A program made the position numbers and the translations under genes. From an uncultured Dehalococcoidales bacterium (GTDB lineage: Bacteria > Chloroflexota > Dehalococcoidia > Dehalococcoidales > CAZFRL01), in assembly GCA_964521325.1 (NCBI GenBank), contig CAZFRL010000003.1, positions 6,373 to 70,372 of the forward strand: a stretch of 64,000 nt of DNA, read 5' to 3'. The number at the start of each line of letters is the position of its first letter. Position 1 is the first letter of the stretch. The notes beneath the pieces are model-generated. The model was not told the DNA's origin, ran no database searches, and saw only the letters and a list, made by a program, of their open reading frames with translations. Below are positions 26,041 to 34,784 of the stretch, one piece after another.

Positions 26041-26814
26041 ATGAAGAATCCCTTAAAAATAAAGCTGAGAAATAATGAACTCACCATCGGTAGTTGGATT
26101 ACACTGGGACACACCGCTATCGCTGAGATTATGGCTAAAGCTGGATTTGAGTGGTTGACGATTGATATGGAGCACAGTGTAATAACCCTTGATACTGCCC
26201 AGCAGCTAATCCAGGTTATTGAGGGCTGTGGTGTTGTTCCCCTGGTCAGAGTTGGAGAAAACAATCCAAACATAATTAAGCGGGTGATGGATGCTGGTGC
26301 CTACGGAGTAATTGTTCCTATGGTGAATAGCAAAGAGCAGGCTGAAGCCGCGGTTAAGGCAGTTAAATATCCATCTGTTGGTACTAGAGGGGTAGGATTA
26401 GCTCGAGCTCAAGGTTACGGTGACAACTTTGATGAATATGCTGCAACCGTTAATGAGGCATCCATAGTAATCGCTCAAATAGAACACATAGATGCGGTAA
26501 ATAATATTGAATCAATCCTTTCTGTAGCTGGGATAGATGGTTGCATAATAGGCCCCTACGACTTATCTGCCTCGCTGGGAATACCCGGTGATTTTGCTCA
26601 TCCCGAAGTAATAGCAGCGTTGAAAAAAGTAGAACAGACTTGCCGGGAGAAAAAAGTTGCCTTAGGCGTACATATAATCCAGCCAGATTATAGGTTAGTC
26701 TTGGAAGAAATTGCCAAAGGCTACTGTTTTATAGCTTTTAGCTTGGACATATTGTTTTTGGGCAATACCTGCCGCGAGCAGATGGCAAGGCTTAAGGAAA
26801 ATATAGAGAGGTAA
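26041..26814 (+). CDS. HpcH/HpaI-family class II (pyruvate) aldolase
   Basis: 257 aa. G.W........AEI.A.AGF.W..IDMEH, PLVRV, GVIVPMV and GPYDLS match 2-keto-3-deoxy-sugar-acid aldolases (HpaI/YfaU/GarL type). Confidence 0.85.
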   Translation: MKNPLKIKLRNNELTIGSWITLGHTAIAEIMAKAGFEWLTIDMEHSVITLDTAQQLIQVIEGCGVVPLVRVGENNPNIIKRVMDAGAYGVIVPMVNSKEQAEAAVKAVKYPSVGTRGVGLARAQGYGDNFDEYAATVNEASIVIAQIEHIDAVNNIESILSVAGIDGCIIGPYDLSASLGIPGDFAHPEVIAALKKVEQTCREKKVALGVHIIQPDYRLVLEEIAKGYCFIAFSLDILFLGNTCREQMARLKENIER

Positions 26815-26817
26815 ATA

Positions 26818-27597
26818 ATGAAGATAATAGGCATAATTCCAGCTAGAATGGGTTCGTCTCGTTTTCCAGGTAAGCCACTGGCAAAAATACTGGGAATTCC
26901 GATGATGGGACATGTCTATTTTAGAAGCAAAATGAGCCAAAGTCTAGATGAAATTTATGTAGCCACCTGTGATAAAGAGATTTGTGATTATGTGGAATCC
27001 ATCGGCGGTGAGGCTATTATGACCTCAGATTCTCATGAGCGCTGCACTGATAGGATTGCTGAAGCACTTGAAAAAATAGAAGCAACGACCAGGAGCAGGG
27101 TAGATATTGTGGTCAATATTCAGGGAGATGAACCCATGGTTTTTCCTGAAATGATTGACGAAGCAGTAGCTCCAATGTTAATTGATAGCTCTATAGTAAC
27201 CACCAATCTAATGGCGCAAATGAAAACCCGTAAGGAACATGAAGACCCGAATGAGGTGAAGGTGGTAGTTGACCAAGATAATTATGCCCTATATTTTTCC
27301 CGGGAACCCATCCCGTCATGGAAGAAAGGGGCAACCGAAGTGCCTATGTTAAAACAGGTATGTATCATTCCCTTCCGGCGAGACTTTTTATTCAGATTTA
27401 ATCAACTTGAGCCCACTCCGCTGGAGAAAGTTGAATCGGTAGATATGTTACGGGCTATGGAACATGGCTATAAGGTAAAGATGGTTCTAACCAGTTTTGA
27501 AACCTTTAGTGTAGATACCTCTGAAGACCTGCGCTTTGTCGAAGAACGGATGAAAAATGACCCGCTTCTTCCAAAATATCAAGGGACTGAGAAATGA
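26818..27597 (+). CDS. kdsB: 3-deoxy-manno-octulosonate cytidylyltransferase family protein (KdsB-like; substrate uncertain)
   Basis: 259 aa. IIPARMGSSRFPGKPL, H.RCTDRIAE, NIQGDEP, YALYFSREPIP and VESVDMLRAMEHG align along the whole length with my recollection of E. coli KdsB. Confidence 0.8.
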   Translation: MKIIGIIPARMGSSRFPGKPLAKILGIPMMGHVYFRSKMSQSLDEIYVATCDKEICDYVESIGGEAIMTSDSHERCTDRIAEALEKIEATTRSRVDIVVNIQGDEPMVFPEMIDEAVAPMLIDSSIVTTNLMAQMKTRKEHEDPNEVKVVVDQDNYALYFSREPIPSWKKGATEVPMLKQVCIIPFRRDFLFRFNQLEPTPLEKVESVDMLRAMEHGYKVKMVLTSFETFSVDTSEDLRFVEERMKNDPLLPKYQGTEK

Positions 27598-28586
27598 AAG
27601 AAGAAGAGATTCGCAAGCGGTCGGTGTTCAACCGCTATCTGGAACTGGTTGCCGAAGATGTTAAAACAATATTTACTGACCGTAGCTGTTTTATTCAGAT
27701 TGACTGCCCGGCTTGTGGAGGTAAAAACTACCAGTCACAGTTCGAGAAGTTAGGGTTTACCTATGTGCTGTGTCCAGATTGTGGTACTTTATTTGTGAAT
27801 CCCAGACCTCCAGCTCAATTGCTAATTGAATTTTACACTAAATCGCCTTCTACTAGTTTCTGGGTTCATGATTTCTTTCAACCAGTGGCTGAGGCTCGAA
27901 GAGAAAAAATCTTCCGACCAAGAGCAGAGTATATTAGAGATACCTTCCCCGAAATATCAAACGGGGTAATTGGAGATATAGGGGCTGGTTTTGGACTATT
28001 CCTGGAAGAATTAGCTAAGCTCTGGCCTTCGGCTAAATTGGTAGCCATTGAACCGTCTGATGAGATGGTGGCTATTTGTAAAGACAAGGGCTTGGAAGTC
28101 CTGCCTTATGCTGTGGAGAATGTTCAGGGCTGGGATAACCAGTTTGATTTGCTCACATCATTTGAGCTTTTTGAGCACCTATATAACCCGGGTGAGTTTC
28201 TGAACAAAGTCTGGCATTTATTACGTCAGGGGGGGCGTTTATTTCTCACCACCTTAAATGGAGAGGGTTTCGATATTCAGATATTGTGGCAAAAATCAAA
28301 GAGTGTAGCCCCACCGCATCATTTGAATTTTTTTAATCCGCGGTCAATAACGAGGCTACTTCAAGAGAACAACTTTGTTGTCGAGAAGGTTGATACTCCT
28401 GGTAAACTTGACTGGGATATAATAGAGGGAATGTACCGAGAGGGGGAAGTAGCACTTGGGCATTTTTGGCAGTTGGTTGCCGAGCAGGCTGGGCCAGCTG
28501 CTAAAAGTAGCTTGCAGGACTGGATATCGAAAAATGGTCTGTCTTCTCATATGAGAATACTGGCAAGGAGGGTCTCCCAGTCGTGA
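27594..28586 (+). CDS. class I SAM methyltransferase with N-terminal CxxC...CxxC zinc ribbon
   Basis: 330 aa. CPACGG...CPDCG zinc ribbon, then motif I IGDIGAGFGLF. ATGA overlap with kdsB-like. Confidence 0.8.
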   Translation: MKEEEIRKRSVFNRYLELVAEDVKTIFTDRSCFIQIDCPACGGKNYQSQFEKLGFTYVLCPDCGTLFVNPRPPAQLLIEFYTKSPSTSFWVHDFFQPVAEARREKIFRPRAEYIRDTFPEISNGVIGDIGAGFGLFLEELAKLWPSAKLVAIEPSDEMVAICKDKGLEVLPYAVENVQGWDNQFDLLTSFELFEHLYNPGEFLNKVWHLLRQGGRLFLTTLNGEGFDIQILWQKSKSVAPPHHLNFFNPRSITRLLQENNFVVEKVDTPGKLDWDIIEGMYREGEVALGHFWQLVAEQAGPAAKSSLQDWISKNGLSSHMRILARRVSQS

Positions 28587-29455
28587 GCCTTCAAAGTTTC
28601 CTCAAACATATTTTGCCGAATAAAATAATTCTTTGGATTATCCGCTTACACCAACTAATACGCATTAAGTCTCTTCGTCCTGCTGTTCGTGAACAGAAAC
28701 TATCACCTATTTACCATCAGTTAACCAAGATTGTTCCTGATATTACCCACCAATATACTTCTTCTGACTTAGACTCAGAATATTTGATAACCAAGGCTAG
28801 AGCCCAGCACTCCTTTCAAATTGCTCTGGTGAATGAAGCTCTACAATCTATTAATGGTCCGCCGAAGGATACAATAACAATCGTTGACATTGGTGATTCA
28901 GCCGGTACCCACCTTCAATATATAAAGGGAATCCACAAAGACCGCAACATTCGCTGTTTAAGCATAAATATAGATGGAGAAGCAGTTAGGCGAATTAAGG
29001 AGAAAGGGCTGGAAGCAATTTGTGCTCGTGCTGAGGATTTACCATCTCGTTCCATTGAAGCCGATATTTTTCTATCCTTTGAGATGCTCGAGCACCTGGC
29101 GAACCCCTGTGGGTTTCTCCGGAGTCTTTCTGAAACCGAGTGCAAGGCTTTTGTAGTAACTGTTCCTTATGTCAACTGTAGCCGAGTGGGCCTGTATCAT
29201 ATCCGGGAAAACCAAAAGCGCAATGTAAATCCTGAAGATACGCATATTTTTGAACTTTCACCAGAGGACTGGCGGTTGCTTTTCAAACACTCAGGATGGG
29301 CAGTACAAGCTGACAAAGTTTACCTACAATATTCCAGAAAGTCTCCGCTTCGCTTTTGGTTGAAAAGGTACTGGAAACGATATGATTTTGAAGGCTTCTA
29401 TGGTGCCATTCTAAAGCCGGATAAATCCTGGAGTAGTTTGTATAATGGGTGGTAG
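28583..29455 (+). CDS. class I SAM-dependent methyltransferase (divergent)
   Basis: 290 aa. GTGA overlap start. IVDIGDSAGTH motif I-like and FEMLEHL (post-II) motif. Confidence 0.65.
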   Translation: MSLQSFLKHILPNKIILWIIRLHQLIRIKSLRPAVREQKLSPIYHQLTKIVPDITHQYTSSDLDSEYLITKARAQHSFQIALVNEALQSINGPPKDTITIVDIGDSAGTHLQYIKGIHKDRNIRCLSINIDGEAVRRIKEKGLEAICARAEDLPSRSIEADIFLSFEMLEHLANPCGFLRSLSETECKAFVVTVPYVNCSRVGLYHIRENQKRNVNPEDTHIFELSPEDWRLLFKHSGWAVQADKVYLQYSRKSPLRFWLKRYWKRYDFEGFYGAILKPDKSWSSLYNGW

Positions 29456-29471
29456 ACAAGAAGGGTTGACA

Positions 29472-30395
29472 ATGCCAAGAATATTTATTTCCACTTCTTC
29501 TTTTGCCAAATATGATGCATCACCATTAAAGTTGCTGAAGGAAGTTGGCATGAATGTTCAGATAAATCCTTACCAGCGTAAACTTACCCCAGATGAGTGT
29601 TTGAATCTTTATAAAGATATTGATGGCCTACTTGCCGGCACTGAGGCTTTAACCGCTAAAGTCTTGAGGTCGGCCAAGAACTTGAAGGTTATATCGCGTT
29701 GCGGTGTGGGCACAGATAATATTGATATGGGAGCGGCAAAAGAGCTGGGAATTAAGGTATTCATTACAGCGGATGCCCCTACCCAGGCAGTAGCTGAGCT
29801 AACCATCGGTCTGATACTAGACCTGTTGCGCGGTATTTCTGCACAAGACCACTTAGTTAAAACCAGCTCATGGCAGAAGAATATGGGCAGCTTACTTTCA
29901 GGGAAGACCCTTGGCATTCTAGGACTGGGAAGAATAGGTAAGAAGGTGGTAGAGCTAACACAACCCTTCAATTTGAAGTATGTCGCCTGGGATAATTCGC
30001 CAGACAGGCAGTTTGCTGATAAATACAGCATTGAGCTTACCGGGCTTGATGAGCTGCTAACCAAAGCCGATATAGTGACAGTTCATCTTCCTTATACCTC
30101 TGAATTGAAGGGTATTATCGGAGAAAGAGAACTTAGTTTAATGAAACGAGGTGCCTTTTTGCTCAATACCGCTCGAGGGGGACTGGTGGATGAGGTTGCA
30201 CTCTATAGTGCGCTAAAGGCAAAAGGAATTGCCGGGGCAGCCCTGGATACCTTTGACCAAGAACCCTATACTGGTCCTTTAACGGAACTGGATAACGTTA
30301 TTCTCACTCCCCATATTGGCTCATACGCCAGAGAAGCCCGCATAGAGATGGAAACCCAGGCAGTAAAAAATTTGCTTCAAGGGTTTGGACTTTAA
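29472..30395 (+). CDS. D-isomer-specific 2-hydroxyacid dehydrogenase (PGDH/GyaR-like)
   Basis: The start is moved to the ATG at 29472 (MPRIFIST); the track start is 29445. GILGLGRIGKKV NAD motif, NTARGGLVDE and LDTF..EP. Confidence 0.85.
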   Translation: MPRIFISTSSFAKYDASPLKLLKEVGMNVQINPYQRKLTPDECLNLYKDIDGLLAGTEALTAKVLRSAKNLKVISRCGVGTDNIDMGAAKELGIKVFITADAPTQAVAELTIGLILDLLRGISAQDHLVKTSSWQKNMGSLLSGKTLGILGLGRIGKKVVELTQPFNLKYVAWDNSPDRQFADKYSIELTGLDELLTKADIVTVHLPYTSELKGIIGERELSLMKRGAFLLNTARGGLVDEVALYSALKAKGIAGAALDTFDQEPYTGPLTELDNVILTPHIGSYAREARIEMETQAVKNLLQGFGL

Positions 30396-30451
30396 AAAAA
30401 GGCTCGCAATAATTAAAAAAGTACATCGTTAAAATATTTTAATACGCTGTG

Positions 30452-30481
30452 TTGACAACAGGGCATATTTATGGTTATGAT
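30452..30481 (+). promoter_or_regulatory. internal sigma70-type promoter candidate
   Basis: TTGACA (30452-30457), 18-nt spacer, TATGAT (30476-30481) in the 165-nt gap after the dehydrogenase. This argues against the track's 30449 start for the next ORF. Confidence 0.5.
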
Positions 30482-30559
30482 GTGCTCATCTGGCAATTTC
30501 TTAATTGTCTTTGGGTTTTAACATTAAAATCAAGAGAAGGTGCTCATAGGAGTTTTGGA

Positions 30560-31204
30560 GTGATTAAGGCGGTTATTTTTGATGTTGACGGGGTTATAAT
30601 TGAGTCAGCCGAGATTAAGACTAGGGCTTTTGAGCTGCTTTTTGCCGATTATCCTGATAAGCTAGGGGAAATTATTGACTACCATAAGAGAAATGCTGGT
30701 CTTTCCCGTTATATCAAGTTTAGGTATTTTTACGAGGAAATATTAAGACAGAAGCTTCCTCCCCAAAAAGAAGCTGAATTAGGGGAAAGATTCTCCCAAA
30801 TTGTCCTGCATGAGGTTCTCAAAGCACCATTTGTACCAGGAGTCCTAGATTTTCTTACACGGAATAAAGACCGTTACCATTTCTTTATCGCTTCCGGCAC
30901 TCCTGAGGACGAACTCCGTAACATTATTACCCACCGCAAATTGGACCACTTTTTCCATGAGATACACGGCACCCCAAAGCTGAAAGAGGAAATCATAGAA
31001 GATATTCTAAGCAGATACTCTTTGCAGAGGAAGGAAACTGTTTTTATCGGTGATGCTGAAAGCGACCGAGTTTCTGTTGACAAGGTAGGGGTACTCTTCA
31101 TTGCTCGTATTAGCCCGGGGGATCATCAACTGCAAGACTGCCGTTGGAAAGTTAACGATTTAACTGGTCTGGATACCCTTTTGAGCAACATGAGTGCTTG
31201 TTAA
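30560..31204 (+). CDS. HAD-superfamily hydrolase (beta-phosphoglucomutase/phosphatase-like, subfamily IA)
   Basis: The start is moved to the GTG at 30560 (AGGAG SD 7 nt upstream), giving VIKAVIFDVDGVIIES (motif I DxDG). ASGT (motif II) and GDAESD (motif IV) are present. Confidence 0.8.
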   Translation: MIKAVIFDVDGVIIESAEIKTRAFELLFADYPDKLGEIIDYHKRNAGLSRYIKFRYFYEEILRQKLPPQKEAELGERFSQIVLHEVLKAPFVPGVLDFLTRNKDRYHFFIASGTPEDELRNIITHRKLDHFFHEIHGTPKLKEEIIEDILSRYSLQRKETVFIGDAESDRVSVDKVGVLFIARISPGDHQLQDCRWKVNDLTGLDTLLSNMSAC

Positions 31205-31225
31205 AAGAAAGGAGAACAATAACCG

Positions 31226-32137
31226 ATGAAAGCTATAGTCTTTGGTGGCTCAGGTTTTTTGGGGAGCCATGTGGCAGATGCACTCACCAAGACAGGTTAT
31301 GAAACCACCATTTTCGATATTAAAAAGTCGCCATATTTGCAAAAGGGGCAGAAGATGATTCTCGGAAATATTCTTGATAAGGAGGCGGTGGAAAGAGCAG
31401 TAACAGGATACGATGTAGTATACAATTTTGCTGGGGTGGCTGACATTGAGGAGGCACCTAAAAAACCGGTCGAAACAGTAGAAAACAATATTCTTGGGAC
31501 TACTATTATTCTCGAATCCTGTCGTAAAAATGGAGTAAAAAGATTTGTTTTTGCCAGTACTATTTATGTTTATAGTGATACCGGCTCTTTCTACAGAAGC
31601 AGCAAACAGGCCAGTGAACTAATTATTGAGAACTATAATGAGGTTTTTGGGTTGCCCTACACCATATTGAGATATGGCACTCTCTATGGTCCGAGAGCCG
31701 ATGAAAAGAATTATATATACCAAATCCTAAAGCAGGCTATAACCGAGGGTAAAATTATCAGTTTTGGTAAAAGCGATGATTTGAGAGGGTATATTCATGT
31801 TGAGGATGCTGCTCGATATAGTGTAGAAGTCTTATCTAAAGAATTTGAAAGTGAGTATGTAATTCTTACCGGAGCTCAACCCATGAAGAGAGGGAAACTA
31901 CTAACAATGATTAAAGAGATGCTTGGCAATCGTATTCAGATTGACTTCTTGCCAGTAGATTCAGAGCTTCATTATGAGGTCACACCCTATTCATTCAGTC
32001 CAAAAATAGCCAAGGTATATAGAGGTGCTTCTTACCTTGACCTGGGACAGGGAATATTGCAATGCCTAGATGAAATCTATAAAAAGTATTCCCCAGTCAA
32101 GGAGCTAAATGGTATTTTTATGTCAAACAGAGATTGA
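31226..32137 (+). CDS. NAD-dependent epimerase/dehydratase (SDR)
   Basis: 303 aa. GGSGFLGSH and YRSSK (YxxxK). Confidence 0.8.
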   Translation: MKAIVFGGSGFLGSHVADALTKTGYETTIFDIKKSPYLQKGQKMILGNILDKEAVERAVTGYDVVYNFAGVADIEEAPKKPVETVENNILGTTIILESCRKNGVKRFVFASTIYVYSDTGSFYRSSKQASELIIENYNEVFGLPYTILRYGTLYGPRADEKNYIYQILKQAITEGKIISFGKSDDLRGYIHVEDAARYSVEVLSKEFESEYVILTGAQPMKRGKLLTMIKEMLGNRIQIDFLPVDSELHYEVTPYSFSPKIAKVYRGASYLDLGQGILQCLDEIYKKYSPVKELNGIFMSNRD

Positions 32138-32162
32138 GTAAATAGTAAAGAGTAAGGGTTAG

Positions 32163-33971
32163 ATGAAAGACACTATTATCGTGCATGCCAGAGATATAAA
32201 AAAAGCCTCACCCATAGCAGCCAAGAGGCCTTTTAACTGGCTCTACTTGGGACAAGATATCAAACAAAGGGAGAATATTTCCCAGGCGCTGGGGAAGGAA
32301 AATCGCTACTTCATTGGAGATTTATTACAGAAGGCTGCCCTTAGAGAAAAGCAGCCATTTCTCGATTTCATCGCCCAGCTAGGTCTTTGCCAGAAAAACA
32401 AACTTTACTGGTGGTCATCAAATACTGCCTATAGACACCCATTTCTGAGAAACGACCTCTTTTTACTCTGGTGTTATAATGCCATCCTTGACAAGATTTG
32501 CTCAGAAAAGAAACAAGATGGAGATAGAGTACTTTTTATTCTTGTCGAGGACCGTTGGTTGTATCGGTATTTGTGGGAACACAGCCAGAAGAATGGATAT
32601 GGTTTTCGTTTTTTAAGCCGGAAATCTGTGCTTCCAGAAATTCTGAAGTCCGTAATTAGGGGCATCGCCAGTAGAGGGTATTTTCTGCTAAAGACTACCT
32701 ACCAAGTTTGGCAGTCAAGAGGTATTGCTTCTAGGCGTAAAATCATTAGTAGCAAAGGGGATAGGCAGCAAGTTTATATTTATTCCTGGATACAGGATAG
32801 GTTCTTCCAGGGAAACGGGAAGTTTAACGATGCTTATTTGGGAAGGCTACCAGAAATCTTAACTAAAAACGGCTTTAATGTTGCCTACATTACATCTCCG
32901 TTTCTCTACCCCGCCCTAAAGAGAAAATGCCTGGATTACGGTAAGTATGAATTCACCTTCTTGGACCAGTACATCGATTTTGGCAACATAGTGAAGTGTC
33001 TATTTACCCTTTCCCCTATTTCTTATGATAGTAAGCAAAGATGGTTAAGGACGCTACTCTGGCGCCAAACCGTGTATGAAATTTCCTCGGTTCCTGGACA
33101 CCTTCTTTATTACTGTGCTTTTAAAAAGTGGCTGAAAGAAATTAGCCGGGGTGAGATTACCATAGTCTACCCCTTTGAAAACCAGCCCTGGGAAAAAATG
33201 CTCTGTATGGCGGCAAAAGAGTCAGGCAAAAATATAAAGCTGGTTGGTTATCAACACTCAGTAGTCCCCGCCTTATTGCTAAACTATTTCCTTGGGGCTA
33301 AGGAGTCCAGTAATATGCCTCTGCCTCACACTGTAGTAGCCAATGGTGAATATACACTGGAATTACTTAAGAATGCCAGGTATGGGAATGTGGAATTGGT
33401 GAATGGGGGTGCTCTGCGATATGAGCACCTTCATGAGATTAGAGAACGCTTAACTAAAAAAGAGGGGAAATTAAAAACTGTTTTGGTAGCACTGCCCTAC
33501 CTAGCTAATCTTGCCCGAGAGATGTTATTAACTACATTTAATACCTTCAAAGATTCGGAGGGGGAAAATATCAGAATCATTATAAAGCCCCATCCAGTTG
33601 TGCCCTTAAAACGCTTAAAAATGCAGCCGTTGTCTTGGCCGGCGCATTTTCAGAAAACAGATAAATCCATATCGGAAATCCTTAAAGATGTCGATTTGCT
33701 TATTTACTCATCATCAACTACCGGCTTAGAGACGCTCCTGGCTGGTGTTCCAGTCATTAAATACTGCTCGGGGCATATTATTGATCTTGATACCTTAGAT
33801 GCTCTTGATGGAGCAGCGGTAAGAAGTTGCTCTGAAAATAACATGAAGCAAGTGGTTTTATCAGCTCTAAATGAAAAGAGTGACCACTCAGCCCAACGAC
33901 TTACAACGAGCCTTGACCGGTTCTTTTCTCCAGTTAACGAAGACGTATGGAAGCAAATCGTGAAGTGTTAA
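32163..33971 (+). CDS. orphan 602-aa protein, third member of the QH/SS-motif putative transferase group
   Basis: Motifs GKNIKLVGYQHSVV (~res 361) and VDLLIYSSSTTGLETLLAGVPVI (~res 512). The motif order and ~150-residue spacing match ORFs 16354 and 18177. Confidence 0.55.
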   Translation: MKDTIIVHARDIKKASPIAAKRPFNWLYLGQDIKQRENISQALGKENRYFIGDLLQKAALREKQPFLDFIAQLGLCQKNKLYWWSSNTAYRHPFLRNDLFLLWCYNAILDKICSEKKQDGDRVLFILVEDRWLYRYLWEHSQKNGYGFRFLSRKSVLPEILKSVIRGIASRGYFLLKTTYQVWQSRGIASRRKIISSKGDRQQVYIYSWIQDRFFQGNGKFNDAYLGRLPEILTKNGFNVAYITSPFLYPALKRKCLDYGKYEFTFLDQYIDFGNIVKCLFTLSPISYDSKQRWLRTLLWRQTVYEISSVPGHLLYYCAFKKWLKEISRGEITIVYPFENQPWEKMLCMAAKESGKNIKLVGYQHSVVPALLLNYFLGAKESSNMPLPHTVVANGEYTLELLKNARYGNVELVNGGALRYEHLHEIRERLTKKEGKLKTVLVALPYLANLAREMLLTTFNTFKDSEGENIRIIIKPHPVVPLKRLKMQPLSWPAHFQKTDKSISEILKDVDLLIYSSSTTGLETLLAGVPVIKYCSGHIIDLDTLDALDGAAVRSCSENNMKQVVLSALNEKSDHSAQRLTTSLDRFFSPVNEDVWKQIVKC

Positions 33972-33995
33972 ATGTCAGTACGAGGAGGGCTAACA

Positions 33996-34784
33996 ATGGA
34001 AAAGCCTGAAGTGGTGATTTTATGTGGTGGCAAAGGCTCCCGGTTAAGTGAGGAGACGATTCTTAAGCCGAAACCAATGGTTGAAATAGGTGGAAGACCA
34101 ATATTATGGCATATAATGAAAATTTATGCCCATTATGGCCATAAAAGGTTTATCCTTGCCCTAGGTTACAAAGGTGAAGATATTAAGAGATACTTCTATG
34201 ACTATAGAATTATGTCGGCTGATTTTACCCTGCCTATGCATCCGCATGAGCCTCCACAGCTTCATAACATTCATAAAGATAATGACTGGGAAATCACCTT
34301 TGTTGATACAGGGTTAAATACCTTGAAAGGTGGAAGGATAAAACGTCTAGAGAAATATATAAAATCTGAAGACTTCCTTTTAACCTATGGTGATGGTGTA
34401 GCCAACATAAATATTGATGACCTTTATAAGTTTCATATCTCCCATGGTAAGATTGGAACGGTAACTGCGGTAAGACCTCCCTCAAGATTCGGCGAGCTAG
34501 TATTATCCAGCGATGAAGTGGTTAAATTTGAGGAGAAACCCCAGCTTGGCACCGGGGTGATTAATGGGGGGTTTTTCGCGTTTAAAAGAGAATTCCTGAA
34601 GTATCTAACGCCTGACGAAGACTGTGATTTTGAGTTTAGTGCTTTGCAGAAACTGGCTCAAGATGGGCAATTGAAAGCCTACTTCCATACCGGATTCTGG
34701 CAGTGCATGGATAATGTCCGTGATAGGGATTACTTAAATAGCCTGTGGGATGATAATGAAGCACATTGGAAGGTATGGAAGTGA
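33996..34784 (+). CDS. rfbF: glucose-1-phosphate cytidylyltransferase
   Basis: The start is moved to the ATG at 33996, preceded by an AGGAGG SD; the track start is 33972. ILCGGKGSRLSEET..KPKPMVEIGGRPILWHIMKIYAHYG...LGYKGE.IK.YF.DY and GFWQCMD match RfbF/DdhA closely. Confidence 0.85.
   Translation: MEKPEVVILCGGKGSRLSEETILKPKPMVEIGGRPILWHIMKIYAHYGHKRFILALGYKGEDIKRYFYDYRIMSADFTLPMHPHEPPQLHNIHKDNDWEITFVDTGLNTLKGGRIKRLEKYIKSEDFLLTYGDGVANINIDDLYKFHISHGKIGTVTAVRPPSRFGELVLSSDEVVKFEEKPQLGTGVINGGFFAFKREFLKYLTPDEDCDFEFSALQKLAQDGQLKAYFHTGFWQCMDNVRDRDYLNSLWDDNEAHWKVWK

Noticed and set aside
30429-30442. Perfect 14-nt palindrome TTAAAATATTTTAA 10 nt upstream of the 30452 -35 box, and GCAATAATTGC palindrome at 9713-9723
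   Set aside because: These are AT-only or short palindromes, expected by chance in AT-rich intergenic DNA, and each occurs once. They could be UP elements or operators, but I cannot support that.
26818-33971. Possible analogy to the Campylobacter O-methyl-phosphoramidate system (cytidylyltransferase + two methyltransferases + ~600-aa transferase)
   Set aside because: The defining glutamine kinase (PEP-utilising type) and amidotransferase/hydrolase genes are absent. The cytidylyltransferase here aligns along its full length with KdsB rather than with a phosphoglutamine cytidylyltransferase, as far as I can judge.
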